Shown in pieces: positions 1-7,366 of a stretch of 16,170 bases of DNA (positions are counted from its first letter, which is position 1; every line of letters starts with the position of its first letter). Both the position numbers and the translations under genes were made by a program. This DNA comes from Fidelibacterota bacterium. GTDB taxonomy: Bacteria; Fidelibacterota; Marinisomatia; Marinisomatales; JABMOV01. The notes under the pieces are model-generated. The model was not told the DNA's origin and did not search any database. It was given only the letters and a program-made list of their open reading frames with translations. Where the stretch lies: NCBI GenBank assembly GCA_046861395.1, contig JBHHUC010000051.1, positions 1-16,170 of the forward strand, written 5' to 3'.

Positions 1-549
1 CCCAACGTTATGAAGGGGTATTATAATAACGAAGAGGCTACCAGAGAAGCCATCGATGAAGACGGCTGGTTCCATACCGGAGATATCGGCGAATTTGACG
101 AAGATCATTATCTTCGTATCACGGACCGTAAGAAAAATTTACTGGTCACCAGCGGTGGAAAAAACATTGCACCGGCCCCGATGGAAATCATCCTGGGATC
201 GCATAAATACATTGACAGTTCCCTGGTCGTGGGAGATGCGCAGAAATTCGTTTCCGCCATCATCGTTCCCGCTTTTGAAGCTCTGGAGGAATGGGCCCAG
301 GAAAACGGCATTCCGACCGATGACAGGGAAGCGCTGGTTAATCATGAAAAGGTTCAGGCCTTTTATGAAGGCATTGTCAATGAAGCCATGGCCAGATTTT
401 CCCGCTATGAGCGGATTAAGAAGTTCAAACTTCTGACTGATCAGTGGTCCATTGAAACGGGTGAATTAACGCCGAAGCTGTCCGTCAAGCGTAAAGTCGT
501 TGAAAAGAAATACGCTGATGTGATTGCGAGTATATACGAAGACGTATAA
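1..549 (+). CDS. fadD: Long-chain-fatty-acid--CoA ligase (AMP-binding/ANL family), 5'-truncated by window edge
   Basis: Frame is open from base 1 (PNVMKGYY). Motifs GWFHTGDIG, RITDRKK, SGGKNIAP and C-terminal GELTPKLSVKR are typical of FAA1-like long-chain acyl-CoA synthetases. The ATG at 10 is internal. Confidence 0.88.
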   Translation, partial: PNVMKGYYNNEEATREAIDEDGWFHTGDIGEFDEDHYLRITDRKKNLLVTSGGKNIAPAPMEIILGSHKYIDSSLVVGDAQKFVSAIIVPAFEALEEWAQENGIPTDDREALVNHEKVQAFYEGIVNEAMARFSRYERIKKFKLLTDQWSIETGELTPKLSVKRKVVEKKYADVIASIYEDV

Positions 550-555
550 GCAACC

Positions 556-1551
556 ATGGCAACGATCGGAATAATCGGGTGTGGCACCTGGGGCGGTGCC
601 ATCGGGCAGAGTCTGGCGAAACAGGGGCATGACGTTGCGATCTGGCATAAATTTCCGGACGAACTGGAAATGGTAAAACGGACACGGCGACATTTTCTCC
701 TAGACGAGCTGAAGTTTGAAGACAATATCGAATTTTCCTGTGAAATGGAAGCCGTGGTTGCCCAACGTGAATTCATTGTCATTGCCGTTCCTTCCCATAT
801 TGTGCGGATCATCCTGCCAGATATTGTTTCCTGGCTGAAGGCCGATGCCATTCTGGTCAATCTGGCCAAGGGGATTGAAAATGATTCTCTGCTGACCATG
901 AGTCAGGTAATCAATGAAGTCGGTCATATACCCTATGATCGCATCGTGACCCTCTATGGTCCCAGCCATGCGGAAGAAGTGGCCTTGGAATTGCCGACAA
1001 CGCTGGTCTCGGCCAGCAAAAGTATCGCAACGGCTGAGCGGGTCCAGAAGGTATTTGCCAATCCTCTTTTACGGATTTACACAAATGACGATATTATGGG
1101 CGTTGAGCTTGGCGGCTCATTAAAAAATGTCATCGCAATTGCCGCCGGTATCTGTGATGGTATCGGGTATGGAGATAACACAAAAGCGGCATTGCTGACC
1201 CGTGGAATTACGGAAATGACCCGTCTGGGAGAAGCCATGGGTGCCCGACGTGAAACATTTTTCGGACTCAGCGGCATTGGTGACCTAATTGCAACCTGTC
1301 TAAGCAAACACAGTCGAAACCGGTTTGTAGGTGAGGCAATCGGTAAGGGTGATTCGCTGGATTCGGTGCTGGGAAAAATGACAATGGTTGCCGAAGGTGT
1401 GAAAACGGCGAGATCCATTCATCAATTGATTGAAAAATACCAGGTGGAGATGCCCATTAGTTCGGCCATTTACAACGTATTATTTCATGAACATAACCCA
1501 ATCGTTGCCGTACAGCAATTGATGACACGTGAACTTATCCGGGAACAATAA
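556..1551 (+). CDS. gpsA: NAD(P)H-dependent glycerol-3-phosphate dehydrogenase
   Basis: Rossmann motif IIGCGTWG, LAKGIE, GPSHAEEV, GVELGGSLKNVIAIAAG, GDNTKAALLTRG, GLSGIGDLIATCLSKHSRN, VAEGV; 331 aa. Confidence 0.97.
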   Translation: MATIGIIGCGTWGGAIGQSLAKQGHDVAIWHKFPDELEMVKRTRRHFLLDELKFEDNIEFSCEMEAVVAQREFIVIAVPSHIVRIILPDIVSWLKADAILVNLAKGIENDSLLTMSQVINEVGHIPYDRIVTLYGPSHAEEVALELPTTLVSASKSIATAERVQKVFANPLLRIYTNDDIMGVELGGSLKNVIAIAAGICDGIGYGDNTKAALLTRGITEMTRLGEAMGARRETFFGLSGIGDLIATCLSKHSRNRFVGEAIGKGDSLDSVLGKMTMVAEGVKTARSIHQLIEKYQVEMPISSAIYNVLFHEHNPIVAVQQLMTRELIREQ

Positions 1552-1637
1552 TGGGTTGATTTTCGTTTAGAATTCCATTCTCCGGGAACGCAATAAACCG
1601 TAACTTTTCTACCTTAAATAATCATCCTGAAGGTTCT

Positions 1638-2492
1638 ATGAAAACATTCATCTTTTTACCCTTGCTGACAATCGTGTCCCTGCTCCAGGCCTCAGACGTG
1701 GAAGAGTTGAATATTGTTGTCTATCCAGAATATTATTATCCGGGTGTCATGGTCGAGTATGCCGGCACGTTTGTAGCTCAGGAAGCAAATGCAACCTATA
1801 GTTTCATGGTTCCGTCCAACGCCGATTCCATTTTCCTCATTCTGGATGAAAGCGACCGGGCCAACAATATGGAATCTCTCCCGGCGGAGGATCGAAATGG
1901 TGAAAGCTGGGTTACGGTTCATACCGATAAAAAGGAATTCCATGTGTTTGTTTTCTTCATGCCCTTTAATCCCCATGAAGAGGAACGCGACTTTTCGTTT
2001 TCCTTCAAAGTGAATAATACACCGGCTAAAACCCATTTTCTGGTTCAGGAACCGTCCGCATCTCAGAATTTCGAAATTGACCAGGAAGGATTTGAAACGA
2101 TTAGTGATCAGCACGGCATGAAATTTTATCGGTACCATGTACATGACTTGGCTCCCGGAAAGCCGTTTACCGTCCGTGTACGATATCGGAATCCCACCAA
2201 TGAAACTAGCATGGAAATATTAAAACGAATGCTCAGTGAAGGGGGGACACAACAGCAGACGCCGTCTAATGCTAAGGAAGCTCCCCAACGTCATCATTTA
2301 CCCATCTGGGAGCCGTTGATTGTTCTCTTCGTGGTATTCCTGGCGATCGCGATCGTATTTATCCGGAATTACAATCAATCCGGTGCCGTTTCCCGTGCTA
2401 CAACGCCGACTGGGAAAAACTTCTGTCCCCAGTGCGGAACAGCGGTCCAGGCCAGTGCCAAATTCTGCCACCAGTGCGGTACGAAACTGTAA
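1638..2492 (+). CDS. Exported single-pass membrane protein with C-terminal zinc ribbon
   Basis: N-terminal signal peptide (MKTFIFLPLLTIVSLLQA), beta-rich ectodomain, TM helix (WEPLIVLFVVFLAIAIVFI), C-terminal FCPQCG...AKFCHQCGTKL (two CxxC). Confidence 0.85.
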   Translation: MKTFIFLPLLTIVSLLQASDVEELNIVVYPEYYYPGVMVEYAGTFVAQEANATYSFMVPSNADSIFLILDESDRANNMESLPAEDRNGESWVTVHTDKKEFHVFVFFMPFNPHEEERDFSFSFKVNNTPAKTHFLVQEPSASQNFEIDQEGFETISDQHGMKFYRYHVHDLAPGKPFTVRVRYRNPTNETSMEILKRMLSEGGTQQQTPSNAKEAPQRHHLPIWEPLIVLFVVFLAIAIVFIRNYNQSGAVSRATTPTGKNFCPQCGTAVQASAKFCHQCGTKL

Positions 2493-3308
2493 ATGTATCC
2501 CACCATCTTCAAAATAGGTCCGCTGACAATCCATTCCTTTGGATTGTTGCTGGTGATTGCCTTCTATACCTGCTTCTATTTATTGGACCGGGAGATGAAA
2601 CGCCTGGGTTATGACAACAAGATTGCATCGGATATTGTTTTTGCCGCTGCATTGGGTGGCATTCTGGGGGCCAAGATATATTATTTATTGGAAAACTTCG
2701 GCCGGGTCGTGGCGGATCCCATCGGAATGATTTTCAGCGGAGCCGGTTTGGTCTTCTACGGTGGTCTCATCGGTGGGACACTTGGCGTAACCTATGTCAT
2801 CCGGAAAAATAATTTTTCCTGGTTACATTTCGGTGATATTGTCGCCCCCTTGTTGATGTTGGGGTACGGAATCGGTCGTATCGGTTGTTTTCTGGTAGGC
2901 GACGATTACGGTTTGCCGACCAAACTTCCCTGGGGCGTACCCTTTGAAAACGGTCTGCCACCGACAACCTATGCCATATTTGACCGCTATTATCCCTGGA
3001 TTAATCTCGACGGCTTTACCCAGGGAGTCATTCCCGTTCATCCCACCCAGCTTTATGAATTCGGTCTGGCCCTGATAATCTTTTCTTTCCTCTGGTCCCG
3101 GCGCAAGAATATACTCCATGCCGGACAGTTATTTTTCACCTACCTGATCCTGGCAGGAGCGGAACGCTTTCTGATTGAATTTATTCGCACCAACCCCAAA
3201 TATATTGCCGGACTTTCCGGAGCACAGATTATTTCTATTTTTATGATTTCTATCGGAATCTATTTTCTGTATCATCCGTTCAAATCTGGTGAATCGATTC
3301 AAAATTGA
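2493..3308 (+). CDS. lgt: Prolipoprotein diacylglyceryl transferase
   Basis: MYPTIFKIGPLTIHSFG start, GGILGAKIYY, GLVFYGGLIGG, GRIGCFLVGDDYG, HPTQLYE, ERFLIEFIR; multiple TM helices. The ATG directly follows the upstream stop (TAAATG). Confidence 0.95.
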   Translation: MYPTIFKIGPLTIHSFGLLLVIAFYTCFYLLDREMKRLGYDNKIASDIVFAAALGGILGAKIYYLLENFGRVVADPIGMIFSGAGLVFYGGLIGGTLGVTYVIRKNNFSWLHFGDIVAPLLMLGYGIGRIGCFLVGDDYGLPTKLPWGVPFENGLPPTTYAIFDRYYPWINLDGFTQGVIPVHPTQLYEFGLALIIFSFLWSRRKNILHAGQLFFTYLILAGAERFLIEFIRTNPKYIAGLSGAQIISIFMISIGIYFLYHPFKSGESIQN

Positions 3309-4119
3309 TATCGGGAAACTGCTTCTTACCCTCATCTCCGTCCAGCTATACGGACAATCCTTATCATTTGAACTAGAATCCGTAATCCCCGTCCCGGAAT
3401 GGGAATCGGTGGAACAATGGGACTACATCGCTGCAAATGTTCTGGGCGAATTGTATTTACTGGATCGGGAAACAGGGCAATGTATCCACAGCTCAGCCAC
3501 CGGCGAGATTCTCCACACTTTTGGTGGCATTGGACTGGATCAGGGTGGTTTAGCCGAACCGGTGGACATCCTTGTGAAAAATACACAAGTGATCATTGCT
3601 GATTACTCCGGAGATGCACTGGTATGGCTGGATCGAAATTTAAATTGGATTTCAAATGACAAACGGCCCAACCTAACTCCGACAATGATGACGGAGGTAG
3701 TCAATGAAATTGCTGTTTACTCCTATGATCAGACCACGATATTTCGTCGGTATACAAAATATTGGGATGAGACGCCCTTCATTGATCTGGCACTTGAAAA
3801 CAGTCCGCTATGTATTGCTGCCTTGTCAGGCAATCGGGCGGGAGAATTGGCTACCCTTTCCTGCGACGGACAGATAGTTACAATCTATTCTTCGATCGGG
3901 AAAAAATTGATGCAGGTTGTCACGTATTTGGAGGAGGCTGAATTCATTCTGCCGCAAGGAAGGAGCTGGATTATTCTCAATCGCGAAGGGCAATATCATG
4001 TCCTCAAAGGCGGGGACGGGACCTTGCCATTGAATAACCGCAAAATCATTGATCTGTCATTATCCTCCGGGAAAATGATTATTCTGACGGAGCATGAAAT
4101 ATTATTTTTTGTTGAATAA
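3289..4119 (+). CDS. Secreted hypothetical protein, probable NHL-like beta-propeller
   Basis: GTG start overlaps lgt by 20 nt. Signal-like N-terminus (KLLLTLISVQLYG|Q). NHL-like segment GELYLLD...HTFGGIGLDQGGLAEPVDILVKNTQVIIADYSGDALVWLDRNLNWI, and repeated short beta strands. Confidence 0.7.
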   Translation: MNRFKIDIGKLLLTLISVQLYGQSLSFELESVIPVPEWESVEQWDYIAANVLGELYLLDRETGQCIHSSATGEILHTFGGIGLDQGGLAEPVDILVKNTQVIIADYSGDALVWLDRNLNWISNDKRPNLTPTMMTEVVNEIAVYSYDQTTIFRRYTKYWDETPFIDLALENSPLCIAALSGNRAGELATLSCDGQIVTIYSSIGKKLMQVVTYLEEAEFILPQGRSWIILNREGQYHVLKGGDGTLPLNNRKIIDLSLSSGKMIILTEHEILFFVE

Positions 4120-7100
4120 TTTTTTCCTGATCGGCGTGTGGTTAATCGTTATGGAAATGGGATTTGCACAAGTCCCGGCCATCCGTGATACCATTGCTCT
4201 GGACCCGGATCGGCTCTCTTATGTATTAAGCCATCACCCCGTTCGGAAACAGTCCGTTCAATTATTTGTTGACGGGCGCTGGTTCGATCGTTTTACGGTA
4301 AACGACGTCGCGGGTACGATCGAATTGGATTCCGTTCCGCCCAATGCCAAACAATTGATTGCGTATTATGAGTGGCTTGATGTTCCCGTTCAGGTCGGAC
4401 CGTTTTATACCTTGCTGCCTGTGATTACCGATTCAATTCAAACCGGCGCGGTTGCGGTACGATCAGCCATGAAGCAGGAAACGCCACCTCTTGTCTCCAG
4501 TGGAACCTTTTTCAGGAGTATTGGATTCTCTCCTATCAGTGGCTCTGATTTTTCCGGTGGACTTCAATTCCAGATTCAGGGACAACTGAGCCAGAATTTA
4601 TTTATTAATGGTATTTTATCTGACCAGGATATACCAATACAGCCGGAAGGGAATACCCAGGCACTGGATGAGATTGACAAGGTGCTGATTACAGTAACGG
4701 CCCCGAATTATTCCATCGAAGCCGGTGACCTGGACTTTCGCTTGCAGGAGGGATCATATCTTACCTTACAGCGTAAGGTGACCGGCCTGAGTTATTCCTA
4801 TGCAAATGATTCTTGGATGGCGGAAGGGATGATAGGGGGCAATCAGGGGGAATACCATACGTTACTTGTTCAGGGGGAGGACGGACGACAGGGACCATAT
4901 TTTCTTACTTCACGTGAGGGGAACCGTGATATCGTTGTCCAGGCCGGAACGGAGAAAATCTATCTTAATGGTACGTTGTTACAACGGGGAGAGAATCTGG
5001 ATTATATTATCGATTATTCCCGCGGAGAAGTCACGTTCAATCCATCGCATCTGATCCATTTTGATTCAGAAATATATATGGAATACCAATATTCGGATTA
5101 TGCTTATACCAAGAATAGTAATGCTGCAACGATTCACTACCACGGTGACCGGTCCGAGATGGGTGTAGGATGGTTTCGGGAACAGGATGTGTTTTCCAGG
5201 ACGCATTCGCAGTTACCGCAATGGGCCGTCGATTCACTTACATTGTCGGGTGATGAGCCGTTTCTAATTACCGACGCCATTGCCGACAGTAATGGCAGAT
5301 ATATTCTGGAAAACGGAATCTATATCTATGATCCTTTGAACACATCATCAATGAAATACAAAGTGTCATTTTATTCCGACGGTCAACAGGGTAGCTATAT
5401 CAAAAGGGTCAGCCCGGAAGGACAATTATATTTTGAATACGTTATGCCGGAAGATCGCAATATTTACTCTGATCTTTACTCCCCGGGACGGCTACTCCAG
5501 GCACCTCAGTCTGAAATTATGTTTCAGTTGACTGGTAACTCCCGGATAAACCGCTATATGAGCATAGCATCGGAATTGGCAGTGTCTGGTTTTGATCAGA
5601 ATACTCTTTCGGACCGCGACGCCGCCGATAACAACGGTACAGGGTTTCAGGCCCGGGTATCCGGTACAGATATTCCCGCCATTGGCTCTTGGAAAGCAGG
5701 ATATTCGTTAGCGTATCGCCGCCAGGATTCCACATTTCATGTTCTGGCGCTGGATCGTGATGTGTTTTATCAGCGGACCTGGAACACTTACACCATCCAT
5801 GGCAATGAACAAATATTGGATGGTAATCTGCAACTTGTCCGAGATAATATTTTCAGGCTGGAAGCAGGTAAATCCGTTTATGACATGAATAATCGCCGGC
5901 GGGACAGGGTCTATGCTAAATCGGAATTGACAACTTATTGGATTCCATCCTTTTCTCTCAGAACCAACAGGGTCAATGATCATCAAACATTGTTTCAACA
6001 ATACTTTGCATCCCTGACTGTACTTCCCGGTTATCTTCATCCCATCTTTTCTTTTACCGCTGAAGATGATGAATCCGCAACTGGTTATGAATGGATTACA
6101 GGTGGAATGATCTATGAAAAGGGGAAAAATGGTGGCAAGATCAGCATTGGAAAGCGGAACGATTACACGCATGAGGCCGGGAGCCGCCAACTGAAATCAA
6201 GCGGATTGTTTCAGGAATTGAATTTTACGCGCAGAACGTCCGATGGTTGGTCCGGGTTTGTCAAATTACGAAAACGACTCCTGGATAACCGGACGGCTAA
6301 AGCCGAAGATGTTAATGTATTACTGGGGCAAATCAATGCCCGCTATTCCCGACGGCAGGCGCCTGTAAGACTGGATATCAACCTGCGGTCGGAGCGGACC
6401 TTCGCCGAACAAAAAGTGATTATCTATGATTCGGTTGGCACCGGTTTTGGGCACTATCGCTTTGATCCGATTTATCAGGAATATATTCCGGATCCAAACG
6501 GCGCCTATATCGCTCAAACGGCCTATATCGGTCAGCGTAAGTCAGTCCGTGACGGTGAATCACTGGTACGGATTCGTTTTACGGGACGAAAAACAAAATT
6601 GCCATGGTTGAAACCTTTTGAAACAATATTGGAGTTGAAATCCATTTACACTGGTTCATTACCCTATAATTTGGCTCGTCTCAATCCTCAATTTTTCGAA
6701 GCGGAAGATATTGATAGGGCCCGTCGTTATCAGAGGATTGATCTCTATTATCGATCAGCGGTAAAGGAGCGCAATATCAAGATAAAGTCTACCCGAAACC
6801 GGGATCTGGTTGGCACCGATCCCCGTGGCGCTGATATGAAACAGTCGGATGAATTCAATTTACAATGGCTAGAACCACTTTCCGGTCACTGGCAGGTAGA
6901 AGCGACGGGTAATCGGCATTGGGATAGGACATTTTCAACAATTAGTTCCATGAGGGAGCGTAAAAATAACGGCTGGTGGTTCGCTATGGGACCTGTTTGG
7001 TCATCTGTGTCCAAACACCGATTCAAGGGAAATATCCTGAAAGGATTCGATGAAGGGCAACGAAGTCAGGGAACTTTCCATGTGACCTTTAGCGCCATGG

Positions 7101-7366
7101 AATTGGAGTACGTCTATTTCTATAAAAATAATACACGACTCCAAATCGCCCTAAACATTACGGATGCTGCTCTGACACAGGGAACGGGAACTATACCGCC
7201 GGAAGCAAACCGTGGGTTACCCGTAGGCTATTCAGTACGATTTCAGGGATCGGTAGAAACAAAAATGACCGATAAACTGACGCTCAATATTTATCTGTCG
7301 TATATCGATAATTCGCGTTACAATAATTTCGTGGCCATGAACGGAGAATTGCGTGCCTATTTTTAA
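4094..7366 (+). CDS. Large uncharacterised outer-membrane beta-barrel protein (1090 aa), SprA-like motifs in the N-terminal third
   Basis: Signal peptide (..LIGVWLIVMEMGFA|Q), many amphipathic beta strands, C-terminal beta-signal AMNGELRAYF. Start overlaps the upstream gene; the exact start could be an in-frame TTG at 4109 or 4112. Confidence 0.8.
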   Translation: MKYYFLLNNFFLIGVWLIVMEMGFAQVPAIRDTIALDPDRLSYVLSHHPVRKQSVQLFVDGRWFDRFTVNDVAGTIELDSVPPNAKQLIAYYEWLDVPVQVGPFYTLLPVITDSIQTGAVAVRSAMKQETPPLVSSGTFFRSIGFSPISGSDFSGGLQFQIQGQLSQNLFINGILSDQDIPIQPEGNTQALDEIDKVLITVTAPNYSIEAGDLDFRLQEGSYLTLQRKVTGLSYSYANDSWMAEGMIGGNQGEYHTLLVQGEDGRQGPYFLTSREGNRDIVVQAGTEKIYLNGTLLQRGENLDYIIDYSRGEVTFNPSHLIHFDSEIYMEYQYSDYAYTKNSNAATIHYHGDRSEMGVGWFREQDVFSRTHSQLPQWAVDSLTLSGDEPFLITDAIADSNGRYILENGIYIYDPLNTSSMKYKVSFYSDGQQGSYIKRVSPEGQLYFEYVMPEDRNIYSDLYSPGRLLQAPQSEIMFQLTGNSRINRYMSIASELAVSGFDQNTLSDRDAADNNGTGFQARVSGTDIPAIGSWKAGYSLAYRRQDSTFHVLALDRDVFYQRTWNTYTIHGNEQILDGNLQLVRDNIFRLEAGKSVYDMNNRRRDRVYAKSELTTYWIPSFSLRTNRVNDHQTLFQQYFASLTVLPGYLHPIFSFTAEDDESATGYEWITGGMIYEKGKNGGKISIGKRNDYTHEAGSRQLKSSGLFQELNFTRRTSDGWSGFVKLRKRLLDNRTAKAEDVNVLLGQINARYSRRQAPVRLDINLRSERTFAEQKVIIYDSVGTGFGHYRFDPIYQEYIPDPNGAYIAQTAYIGQRKSVRDGESLVRIRFTGRKTKLPWLKPFETILELKSIYTGSLPYNLARLNPQFFEAEDIDRARRYQRIDLYYRSAVKERNIKIKSTRNRDLVGTDPRGADMKQSDEFNLQWLEPLSGHWQVEATGNRHWDRTFSTISSMRERKNNGWWFAMGPVWSSVSKHRFKGNILKGFDEGQRSQGTFHVTFSAMELEYVYFYKNNTRLQIALNITDAALTQGTGTIPPEANRGLPVGYSVRFQGSVETKMTDKLTLNIYLSYIDNSRYNNFVAMNGELRAYF

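Noticed and set aside
1552..1600. Terminator after gpsA (TTCTCCGGGAA dyad)
   Set aside because: The stem is too short and there is no adjacent U-tract.
4094..7366. Calling the large barrel sprA or a TonB-dependent receptor
   Set aside because: Under half the SprA length with only local resemblance, and no recognisable TonB plug motifs.
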